Positions 45,919 through 53,990 are shown, numbered from the stretch's first letter. The stretch is 64,000 bases of DNA from Dehalococcoidia bacterium (GCA_965243745.1 CBDEVR010000002.1:1237986-1301985); one strand, 5' to 3'. Numbers and translations are program-made. The notes: generated by a model from the sequence alone, not told the origin.

Positions 45919-48303
45919 ATGAGATACGCTCTCACTAGTCTGCACAAGCTGCTCATCGCCGGGGCGCTGGCCCTGGCGATCGTCTCCTGCTCAGGGGATG
46001 CCGAGCCCACAAACACACCGGTTGGTCCCGCACCCACAGACACGCCGGTCGCTGCCGCCGAGCCGCTGAATGTGGTCGCGAGCATCTACCCGATGCAGTA
46101 CTTCGCGGAGCGTATCGGCGGCGACCGGGTGGATGTCACGACCATCGTGCGACCCGGCGTCGAGGCCCACTCATTCGAGCTCACGGCGGGCGATCTCCTC
46201 ACGATTGCCGAGGCCGACGTCATAGCGATGAACGGCCTCAGTCTGTTGCCCTGGCTGGAACGCGCGCTCGAGTCCCTGGGCGATGACGTCTCCGGTATCG
46301 TGGTCGAGGCTGCGTATCCCGAGGCGGCACTGCCCTTCGTGGAAGGCGGACACGAAGACGAACATGGGCACGGGCACGAAGACGAACACGGGCACATGGA
46401 AGAGGACGAGCACGGACACGAGGGTGAGTCAGCCTTTGACGGCCGCCTGCTGATCGCAGACCTCGAGGCGGAACACCTCTCGGTGCTCGACCTGTCAACG
46501 GAAGAACTCGACTCCGGCGCCTTCGCGATCGGTGCGCCGCCTGCTGCCATCTACCCCAGCCCGACCCACCGCTACGCCTTCGTCCTCGCCCGGGGCCCGG
46601 GAGACGCCGATGACGGCATCCACCTCTTCGACGGTGGCGTCTACCTCGTTGAGCACGGCGACCACTTCGACCTCGTGCGCGAACCGGTCTCGCGTCACCC
46701 CTCCGTGGTGATGGATGAACGGCCGATCCACTTCGTCAACAGCTACGGCTGGACGGCGATATTCGCCGACGCTCACGGCCACGTCTTCCTCTACAACGAG
46801 GAGGAGATCACCAGCACACAGGGCGACTACCGGCCGCTCGTGCTCGAGGCCGGCCCGCAGCACGGCGCCGCCCTGGCGATCTCACCCGACCACATCGTCG
46901 TGACCACCCAGAACCCCGACTACCCCGAGAACACGGACAGCACCCTGCCCGTCGGCGTTGAGGTATGGGACCTTGATGGCCACGTCCTCTACGACGCCAG
47001 TAACCGCTCCTGCCCCGGCATGCACGGCGAGACGCACAACGAGGAAGGCGCCATCTTCGGCTGCGTCGGCGGCGTGCTCTTCCTGCACCCGCACGACGGC
47101 AGCTACCATCACGACTTCATCGACAATCCCCCCGAGATGCGCGAAGAATCTCGCATCGGCTCCTTCTTCGGACACCACCACCTGCACCACTTCTTCGGAC
47201 GCGCCTCTTACCGCGACAGTCAGGGCTTCGCCGACGACGGTATCTGGCTGATCGACCCTGAAGGAGGCGAGTTCCAGCGAGTCTTCAGTGAACCGGTCGC
47301 GGCCGGAGCTGTCGGCTCGCACGCAGAGCGCCTCTACCTGCTCACCGCTGATGGCGAGCTCCACGTGCTCGATGCCCATGACGGCGATGAGATCGCACAT
47401 CTCCACGTCATGGAACCGGGCGAGGACGCGCGGCCACGCCTCATCATCGTCGGGGAGACGATGTTCCTGACGAACCCGAACCACGGTGAAGTCATCGCGG
47501 TCGACCTCGAACACCTCGAGGTGGAGGAGGTCTGGGACGTCGGAGGTTCGCCCTCCGGCATTGCCTTCGTCGGCATCCTCGGTGAAGGGGATGAGCACGA
47601 GCACGACGAGGACGAGCACGGCCATGAGGATGAGCACGACCACGACGAGGACGAGCACGGCCATGAAGACGAGCACGACCACGACGAGGACGAGCACGAC
47701 GAGGACGAGCACGGCCACGAGGATGAGCACGACCACGACGAGGACGAGCACGGTCACGACGACCACGGCCACGGCGAGTTTGATCCTCACTTCTGGCTCG
47801 ACCCGCTGCTTGCCATCACCCAGGCGGAGCGCATCGCGGAGGCGCTGATCGAGGCGGACCCCGAGGGCGCAGACATCTACCGGGCGAACCTCGCCACGCT
47901 GTCCTCTGATCTCCGGGCGCTGCACGCCGAGTTCGAGGCGGGCCTCAGTTCGTGCGTCCACCGCGAGTTCGTCACGTCTCACGCGGCGTACGGCTACCTC
48001 GCGCATGCGTACGGCCTGGAGCAGGTGCCGATCGCCGGTCTCTCTCCTGAGGCAGAGCCATCGCCGCAGCGCCTCGCGAGCATCGCCGATCGCATCAAGG
48101 ATCTCGGCATCACAGCGGTGCTCCTCGAGCCAGTGCTCTCCGGTGCGCACGAACGGTCGCTCGCCGACGAGACAGGGGCTGGCATATACCAGATCCACTC
48201 GATAGAGAGCGTTACCCTGGCTGAACTGGACGAGCACGGGGACTACTTCGGCCTGATGCGTGACAACCTGAGCAGTCTGCGAGCTGCGATGGAGTGCTCG
48301 TAG
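45919..48303 (+). CDS. ZnuA/AztC-type metal-binding lipoprotein with nested ~385-aa AztD-like beta-propeller insertion
   Basis: Lipobox LAIVSCS. N-lobe (VVASIYPMQYFAERIGGDRV) and C-lobe (GEFDPHFWLDPLLAITQAERIAEAL...) are collinear with the 49917..51218 paralogue. Residues ~171-555 are inserted between two His-rich segments. Confidence 0.85.
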   Translation: MRYALTSLHKLLIAGALALAIVSCSGDAEPTNTPVGPAPTDTPVAAAEPLNVVASIYPMQYFAERIGGDRVDVTTIVRPGVEAHSFELTAGDLLTIAEADVIAMNGLSLLPWLERALESLGDDVSGIVVEAAYPEAALPFVEGGHEDEHGHGHEDEHGHMEEDEHGHEGESAFDGRLLIADLEAEHLSVLDLSTEELDSGAFAIGAPPAAIYPSPTHRYAFVLARGPGDADDGIHLFDGGVYLVEHGDHFDLVREPVSRHPSVVMDERPIHFVNSYGWTAIFADAHGHVFLYNEEEITSTQGDYRPLVLEAGPQHGAALAISPDHIVVTTQNPDYPENTDSTLPVGVEVWDLDGHVLYDASNRSCPGMHGETHNEEGAIFGCVGGVLFLHPHDGSYHHDFIDNPPEMREESRIGSFFGHHHLHHFFGRASYRDSQGFADDGIWLIDPEGGEFQRVFSEPVAAGAVGSHAERLYLLTADGELHVLDAHDGDEIAHLHVMEPGEDARPRLIIVGETMFLTNPNHGEVIAVDLEHLEVEEVWDVGGSPSGIAFVGILGEGDEHEHDEDEHGHEDEHDHDEDEHGHEDEHDHDEDEHDEDEHGHEDEHDHDEDEHGHDDHGHGEFDPHFWLDPLLAITQAERIAEALIEADPEGADIYRANLATLSSDLRALHAEFEAGLSSCVHREFVTSHAAYGYLAHAYGLEQVPIAGLSPEAEPSPQRLASIADRIKDLGITAVLLEPVLSGAHERSLADETGAGIYQIHSIESVTLAELDEHGDYFGLMRDNLSSLRAAMECS
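47587..47775 (+). repeat. in-frame tandem repeats encoding (E/D)EH(G/D)H(E/D)D units
   Basis: Repeating gacgaggacgagcacggccatgaggatgagcacgaccac-type units coding DEHEHDEDEHGHEDEHDHDEDEH... Confidence 0.85.
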
Positions 48304-48324
48304 GCCAGACAGCGACGGCGATAC

Positions 48325-48351
48325 GGCGGCCGCATCCAGATTGCGGCCGCC
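48325..48351 (+). terminator. GC-rich hairpin after the fused znuA-like gene
   Basis: ggcggccgca-tccagat-tgcggccgcc starts 22 nt after the stop. No U-tract. Confidence 0.4.
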
Positions 48352-48373
48352 GTGATGGAAACGGAGGAGCGCG

Positions 48374-48730
48374 ATGAAGTGGTACGACGAACCAGAGCGC
48401 ATCGACGCAGATCAGATGCTGAACAGCGAAGCACGCGACATGAAGTGCATGGCGACCGGGCCTGGTCAGTGTGCGGACTGCTGGAAGCGGACGATCAACG
48501 GCGACTTCGTCACACCGCTTGACCCGGAGCCACACGAGTTCGAACTGGATGATCTGCTCAGCTTCGCGACTATCGCGGCCAACGCGGCAGAGCACCAGCT
48601 TGATCCGGAAGAGGCGGACGCTGAGTTCAACGCGGTGCTCGTCGACCTGGACGCGGACGATGCCAGCTTCTTGGCGGATCTGGTGCTCTACCAGTTGACT
48701 GAATGTCCCATCGGCAGATGCCGGCGCTGA
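48374..48730 (+). CDS. hypothetical acidic protein with Cys clusters
   Basis: GGAGG SD; GC3-rich codons. CMATGPGQCADC near the N-terminus and ECPIGRC at the C-terminus. Confidence 0.6.
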   Translation: MKWYDEPERIDADQMLNSEARDMKCMATGPGQCADCWKRTINGDFVTPLDPEPHEFELDDLLSFATIAANAAEHQLDPEEADAEFNAVLVDLDADDASFLADLVLYQLTECPIGRCRR

Positions 48731-48806
48731 CGGCAGGCGCGTGTGCTCGAATCGCCTCGCCGTGGCGCTGGAGATACGCAAGAACCCAACAAGGAAGGAG
48801 GCGGTA

Positions 48807-48992
48807 ATGGCAGATCTGACGGCCTATTCGGTGAAACTGAGGAAGATGGTGGTCATCAAGGACCCCGAGTTGATAACGCTGAAGAACGGAGCAAAGGCGG
48901 TCCGCGGCGTAGCGGCGGAGGACCCGTCCAGCAAGGTCTTCAAGATTCTGAGCGCCAAGCAGGCGGAAGAGGTTGGAGCGAAGCTCGGCTGA
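48807..48992 (+). CDS. small protein (61 aa), Cys-free DUF5679-like, copy 1
   Basis: AAGGAAGGAGG SD. MADLTAYSVKLRKMVVIKDPELITLKNGAKAVRGVAAEDPSSKVFKILS. No Cys or His. Confidence 0.7.
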   Translation: MADLTAYSVKLRKMVVIKDPELITLKNGAKAVRGVAAEDPSSKVFKILSAKQAEEVGAKLG

Positions 48993-49122
48993 CCAGCGCC
49001 TGGCTCTTTCTCCTAAGGGGGGGTGGCGTCAGACTTCCTCCCCGGCGCACCCTCCCTTAGGCCTCGTTTGCGCTGCTCGCTGAGTGAAGATACGCAGGAA
49101 ACCCTATCGCTAGGAGGCGGAG

Positions 49123-49311
49123 ATGGTAGATCTGACGGCCTATTCGGTGAAGCTGAAGAAGATGGTGGCCATCAAGGACCCGGAACTGGTAACCCTGAAG
49201 AACGGGCGGAAGGCAGTCCGCGGCGTAGCGGAAGAGGACCCGTCCAGCAAAGTCATCCGGATCGTGAGTGACAAGGACGCGGAAGAGATCGCAGGCGCCC
49301 TGCGCCGGTGA
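49123..49311 (+). CDS. small protein (62 aa), Cys-free DUF5679-like, copy 2
   Basis: AGGAGG SD. 45 of 61 aligned residues identical to 48807..48992 by hand count. No Cys or His. Confidence 0.7.
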   Translation: MVDLTAYSVKLKKMVAIKDPELVTLKNGRKAVRGVAEEDPSSKVIRIVSDKDAEEIAGALRR

Positions 49312-49349
49312 GACCCGCCCGGGCTCCGGTATCATCTGTCGCGTTATAG

Positions 49350-49392
49350 TTGATACCAAGTATTGACTGTTGCCGCGGAAGGCAGTTACCTT
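49350..49392 (+). promoter_or_regulatory. putative Fur/Zur operator overlapping a promoter (copy 2)
   Basis: TTGATACcaAGTATTGACT (ATAC-N3-GTAT). -35 TTGACT, then TACCTT. ATG lies 7 nt after the -10. Confidence 0.55.
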
Positions 49393-49399
49393 CTGCTCT

Positions 49400-49897
49400 A
49401 TGACGATGATTACCGGCAAGCCCGCCGCGGCGGCCGCGCAGGCCGAGTCCAACATCCTCGCGGCGTTGGAGGAGCATGGCAGTCGCATGACGTGGCCTCG
49501 CCGTGAGCTCGCTGCGATGCTCGCCCGGCGGACGGACGCTTTCAGCGCGGAGGAGATCGTCGCCGGCTTGCCCGGCTTGGGGCGGGCGACGATATACCGC
49601 ACGCTGCGCCTGCTCGTGGAGGTCGGCATCCTCTGCAAGACCGTCATGCCGGACGGCTCGCCGCGCTACTCCCTGGACGATGCACATCATCATCACCACC
49701 TCGTCTGCGTCGCATGCGGACGCATCGACGAGTTCCGCCACCCCTCGGTCGAACGGATGCTCCGGGCCATGAAGGACCACGTGCAGGGCGAACTCATCGG
49801 CCACCGACTCGAGTTGTACCACCGTTGCGGTGACTGCCAGGAAAGCGGACACGGCGCGGAGCCGCACATGCACGGGACCCACGTACACGCCCATTAG
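49400..49897 (+). CDS. Fur family transcriptional regulator (Zur-like), copy 2
   Basis: GRATIYRTLRLL, HHHHHLVCVACG, CGDC. His-rich tail GHGAEPHMHGTHVHAH. Confidence 0.85.
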   Translation: MTMITGKPAAAAAQAESNILAALEEHGSRMTWPRRELAAMLARRTDAFSAEEIVAGLPGLGRATIYRTLRLLVEVGILCKTVMPDGSPRYSLDDAHHHHHLVCVACGRIDEFRHPSVERMLRAMKDHVQGELIGHRLELYHRCGDCQESGHGAEPHMHGTHVHAH

Positions 49898-49916
49898 GGG
49901 CCGGGGAGACTGTTTG

Positions 49917-51218
49917 ATGAGACTCCATCTCGTAACGTCGTTTCGCGTGTTTGCCGCCGGATTGCTCGCCCTGGTGGTTGTCGCTTGTTCAGCTGACCCC
50001 ACGCCCACGTCTGCGCCTGTTCCGGGCGTCCCCACGGCCACTCCCACCGAAGCGCCCCTCGAGCCGCTGACCGTGGTCGCGAGCATCTACCCGATGCAGT
50101 ACTTCGCCGAGCGCATAGGCGGCGACAGGGTGAACGTCGTCGCCCTCGTGCCCCCCGGCGCAGAGGGTCACACGTTCGAGCTCACGGCGCGCGACCTCAT
50201 CACGATCGGCGAAGCCGACGTCATCGCGATGAACGGCCTCGAGATGGAGCCGTGGCTGGAGCGCGCGCTCGAGTCCCTGGGCAACGACGTCTCCGCCATC
50301 GTGGTCGAGGCAGCCGATGCGGAAAGCGCGCTGCCCTTCGTAGAGAGTGGGGATGCACACGGTCACGAGGATGAGGACGAGCACGACCACGACGAGGATG
50401 AGCACGACGACGAGGATGAGCACGACCACGACGAGGACGAGCACGACCACGACGAGGATGAGCACGACCACGACGAGGACGAGCACGACCACGACGAGGA
50501 TGAGCACGACCACGACGAGGACGAGCACGGCCATGAGGATGAGCACGACCACGACGAGGACGAGCACGACCACGACGAGGATGAGCACGACCACGACGAG
50601 GATGAGCACGAACACGAGGACGAGCACGAACACGAGGACGAGCACGGCCATGAGGAGGACGAGCACGGCCATGACGCCCACGCCCACGGCGAGTTCGATC
50701 CGCACTTCTGGCTCGACCCGCTGCTTGCCATCACCCAAGCGGAGCGCATAGCCGAGGCGCTCATCGAGGCGGACCCCGAGGGCGCCGACGTCTACCGGGC
50801 GAACCTCGCCGCGCTGAGCGACGACCTCCGGGCGCTGCACACCGAGTTCGAGGCGGGCCTCAGCTCGTGCGTCCACCGCGAGTTCGTCACGTCGCATGCC
50901 GCGTACGGCTACCTCGCACTGGCGTACGACCTGGAGCAGGTGCCGGTGGCTGGCCTCTCTCCGGACGCAGAGCCATCGCCGCAGCGCCTCGCGAGCATCG
51001 CCGACCGCATCAACGACCTCGGTCTGGGAGCCATACTCGTGGAGCCTGTGCTTGCCGGTTCACACGAGCAGACGCTCGCCGCTGAGACCGGCGCAAGCGT
51101 CTACACGATCCACCCGCTGGACGGCATTACCCAGGCAGAACTGGACCAGCACGGAGACTACTTCGGTCTGATGCGCGACAACCTCAACAGCCTCCGCACT
51201 GCGCTGGAGTGCTCGTAA
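49917..51218 (+). CDS. znuA: zinc ABC transporter substrate-binding lipoprotein ZnuA with giant H/D/E loop
   Basis: Internal ATG 49917 (MRLHLVTSFRVFAAGLLALVVVACS lipobox). Cluster A-I SBP lobes. Followed by znuC and znuB. Confidence 0.9.
   Translation: MRLHLVTSFRVFAAGLLALVVVACSADPTPTSAPVPGVPTATPTEAPLEPLTVVASIYPMQYFAERIGGDRVNVVALVPPGAEGHTFELTARDLITIGEADVIAMNGLEMEPWLERALESLGNDVSAIVVEAADAESALPFVESGDAHGHEDEDEHDHDEDEHDDEDEHDHDEDEHDHDEDEHDHDEDEHDHDEDEHDHDEDEHGHEDEHDHDEDEHDHDEDEHDHDEDEHEHEDEHEHEDEHGHEEDEHGHDAHAHGEFDPHFWLDPLLAITQAERIAEALIEADPEGADVYRANLAALSDDLRALHTEFEAGLSSCVHREFVTSHAAYGYLALAYDLEQVPVAGLSPDAEPSPQRLASIADRINDLGLGAILVEPVLAGSHEQTLAAETGASVYTIHPLDGITQAELDQHGDYFGLMRDNLNSLRTALECS
50349..50690 (+). 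repeat. 21-nt in-frame tandem repeat array encoding EHDHDED units
   Basis: gacgaggatgagcacgaccac-type unit repeated about 14 times with minor variants. Encodes residues ~145-258, made of H/D/E with a few G/A. Confidence 0.9.
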
Positions 51219-51240
51219 CTGGCTGAAAGAGAGAACGGAT

Positions 51241-52062
51241 ATGGATGACACGCCGGCAATCGAACTGGAAGACGTCTCCTACACGTATGCGGGCGCCCCG
51301 GCGGTGCACGGCGTGACGCTGCGCATCAAGCGCGGGGACTTCACGGCTATCGTCGGCCCCAACGGCAGCGGAAAGAGCACGCTCATCAAGGTCATCCTGG
51401 GGCTCATCAAGCCGGACAACGGAAGCGTGCGCGTTTTCGGCACCGACATCGAACGGTTCAGGGACTGGCATCGCATCGGCTACGTCCCGCAGGTGGCGGC
51501 GGGCATCCACGCCATGTTCCCCATCACGGTGAGCGAGGTCGTCGCGCACGGCCGGTACACCGGCTTCTCGCCGTTCGCGTTCTGGCGCAGGAACGGCGCG
51601 GACGTGGACGACGTCCTGAAGATGGTCGACATGGCGGACTTCAAGCGCCGCCGCATCGGTGAACTCTCCACCGGCCAGCAGCAGCGCGCCCTCATCGCCC
51701 GTGCACTCATCCGCAAGCCGGACCTGCTCGTCATGGACGAGCCCGTCGCGGGCGTGGACGTCCAGGGCGGGGAAGAGGTCTACACGCTGCTCCGCGAACT
51801 CCGGGAGAGCGGCGTCACCATACTCATCATCTCCCACGACGTCGGCGCCGTCATGCGCGAGGCCTGCACCGTGGCATGCATCAACTGCACGCTCCTCTGC
51901 CACTGCCCGCCCCACGAACTGACCGAGGACGACCTCGTGCGCCTCTACGGCTTCCCGGTTGAGGTGTTGCACCACGGTGAGCACCACGACCACCACGCGC
52001 ACGGCGAAGACGCCGTCCGCCACGGCGAGTTCGACCAGCTTGCGCCCCACGCGCACCACTGA
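51241..52062 (+). CDS. znuC: zinc ABC transporter ATP-binding protein with His-rich C-terminal tail
   Basis: GPNGSGKST, LSTGQQQRA, LLVMDEP. Tail HHGEHHDHHAHGEDAVRHGEFDQLAPHAHH. Confidence 0.9.
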   Translation: MDDTPAIELEDVSYTYAGAPAVHGVTLRIKRGDFTAIVGPNGSGKSTLIKVILGLIKPDNGSVRVFGTDIERFRDWHRIGYVPQVAAGIHAMFPITVSEVVAHGRYTGFSPFAFWRRNGADVDDVLKMVDMADFKRRRIGELSTGQQQRALIARALIRKPDLLVMDEPVAGVDVQGGEEVYTLLRELRESGVTILIISHDVGAVMREACTVACINCTLLCHCPPHELTEDDLVRLYGFPVEVLHHGEHHDHHAHGEDAVRHGEFDQLAPHAHH

Positions 52063-52067
52063 TCTCC

Positions 52068-52880
52068 ATGCCGGCCATCCTGCAATACGACTTCATGGTG
52101 CGCGCCCTCATCGGGGGGGTCCTCGTCGGCGGCCTCGCGCCCGTGCTCGGCACCTTCCTCGTGCTGCGCCGCTTCTCGCTGCTCTCCGACACGCTCGCGC
52201 ACGTCGCGCTGTTCGGCGTTGCCGTCGGATTCGCAGTGAACGTTTACCCGACGCTCACCACGTTCATCACGGTCACCTTGGCCGCGGTTGTGATGGAAGG
52301 GCTGCGCTCGCGCGGCAAGCTCCCCGGCGACGCCGTCCTCGCAGTCGCGCTCTACTCCTCGCTCGCCGCGGCGGTGGTTGTCATCAGCGCCGCGCAGGGG
52401 TTCAACGTGGACCTGCTCAGCTTCCTCTTCGGCTCCATCCTCACCATCACCGAATTGGACCTCTGGCTCATCGGAGGGCTGGCGCTCTTCGTCGTCATAG
52501 GCGTGACGGCCTTCTTCACCGAACTCGCACAGACCTCGTTCGACGACGCGCTCGCCCGCGTCTCCGGCATCAAGGTGGACTGGGTCAACTTCGGGCTGGC
52601 AGTGCTCGCCGCCGCCACCATCACCCTGGCCATGCGCATCATGGGCGTCCTGCTCGTCGGTGCGCTCATCGTCATCCCTGTCCTCGTGGGGCAAGGGCTC
52701 ACGAACAGCCTGCGTACCGCGTTCATCGTCGCATCGGGCGTGGGGATGGTCAGCGCCGTTACCGGCCTCACGCTCGCCTTCTACCACGACCTTCCGGGCG
52801 GCGGATCGATCGTGCTCACTGCCGTGGCCATGCTCGTGCTGTCCATAGCCTGGCGCAGGTTCCGCCGGCGCTCCTCGTAG
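52068..52880 (+). CDS. znuB: zinc/metal ABC transporter permease
   Basis: 270-aa polytopic ABC-3 type permease directly after znuC. Confidence 0.88.
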   Translation: MPAILQYDFMVRALIGGVLVGGLAPVLGTFLVLRRFSLLSDTLAHVALFGVAVGFAVNVYPTLTTFITVTLAAVVMEGLRSRGKLPGDAVLAVALYSSLAAAVVVISAAQGFNVDLLSFLFGSILTITELDLWLIGGLALFVVIGVTAFFTELAQTSFDDALARVSGIKVDWVNFGLAVLAAATITLAMRIMGVLLVGALIVIPVLVGQGLTNSLRTAFIVASGVGMVSAVTGLTLAFYHDLPGGGSIVLTAVAMLVLSIAWRRFRRRSS

Positions 52881-53035
52881 CCCCATTGGGACCGACACAT
52901 CTCCTCGTGGGAGAGAGCCTGCCCCTGCCTTGAGCTTGCCGAACGGGTCGACGCGCGTCGGCGCGTCGGGTGAGGGCGTCCGGCGGGAGCGTGTGGCTTG
53001 GGAATCTCGTAAGATATCCGAACGGAGGAACCCGC

Positions 53036-53989
53036 ATGGGCGCAGGAACCATCGGCCTTGCCGTCATGGGCGGCGACAGCAACGCGGTGCTCGCACGCAT
53101 CGAGGAGAGCGAGGAGCGCGGCATCGACGCCGCGTGGCTCACCGTTGGCGGCGCGAGCCTCGACGGCGTCACGCTCATGGCCGCCGCCGGAGCGCGGACG
53201 GAGCGTATCCTGCTCGGCACGTGCATCGTGCCGACATGGGGGCGGCACCCCGTCGCCGCTGCGCAGCAGGTGCAGGTGGCCGCGCAGCTCTCCGGCAACC
53301 GTTTCCGTTTCGGCATCGGCCCCAGCCACGTCCGCCCCATGACCACCGTCTTCGGGGCCGACTACCGCACGCCGCTCACGGCGCTCCGCGAGTACCTCAC
53401 CGTCACGCGCACGCTGCTGCACACCGGTGCGGTCGAGTTCGAGGGCAGCATCTACCGAGCGAACGTCAGTCTCCCCGCGCCCGTGCCGGACGTGCCTGTG
53501 ATGGCATCGGCGCTGCGCCCGAAGTCGTACGAGCTGTGCGGCGAGGCGGCGGACGGCGCGATCAGCTGGGTGTCGCCCGGCGTCTACCTGCGCGACGTCG
53601 CCCTTCCCGCGCTGCGGCGAGGCGCGGAGCGTGCGGGGCGGCCGTGTCCGCCGCTCATCGTCCACGCGCCCGTGTGCGTCCACGACGACCCTGAGGAGGT
53701 CCGCGCCGCTGCTCGCGAACAGCTCGCCAACTACCCCCGCATGCCCTTCTACCAGGCGATGTTCGCGGAGGCCGGGTTCCCCGAGGCCGCGCAACTCGAG
53801 GGCTGGAGCGACGGCATGATCGAGTCGGTCGTACTCTCCGGTGGCGAGGAGCGCGTGGCTGAACGTATCGCCGAGCTGTTCGACTTCGGCGCGAGCGAGA
53901 TCATCGTCTCCATCGTCGCAGCCGGACCGGATGCCGCCGCCTCCCGCGAGCGGACGCTCGCCCTCCTGTCCAAGGTAGCGTCCGCCTGA
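53036..53989 (+). CDS. LLM-class (luciferase-like) probable F420-dependent oxidoreductase
   Basis: Internal ATG with GGAGG SD. TIM-barrel LLM pattern (FRFGIGPSH, ADGAISW). Confidence 0.78.
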   Translation: MGAGTIGLAVMGGDSNAVLARIEESEERGIDAAWLTVGGASLDGVTLMAAAGARTERILLGTCIVPTWGRHPVAAAQQVQVAAQLSGNRFRFGIGPSHVRPMTTVFGADYRTPLTALREYLTVTRTLLHTGAVEFEGSIYRANVSLPAPVPDVPVMASALRPKSYELCGEAADGAISWVSPGVYLRDVALPALRRGAERAGRPCPPLIVHAPVCVHDDPEEVRAAAREQLANYPRMPFYQAMFAEAGFPEAAQLEGWSDGMIESVVLSGGEERVAERIAELFDFGASEIIVSIVAAGPDAAASRERTLALLSKVASA

Positions 53990-53990
53990 C

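Noticed and set aside
46882-48402. 506-aa minus-strand ORF with V/L repeats (also 49989..50897)
   Set aside because: It is the reverse-complement reading of the His/Asp/Glu codon repeats and ZnuA lobes. The plus-strand genes have lipoboxes and SBP motifs.
50349-50690. Regular short repeats that could be mistaken for a CRISPR array (also 47587..47775)
   Set aside because: The period is 21 nt with no unique spacers. The repeats are in frame and encode the ZnuA His-rich loop, and no cas genes are present.
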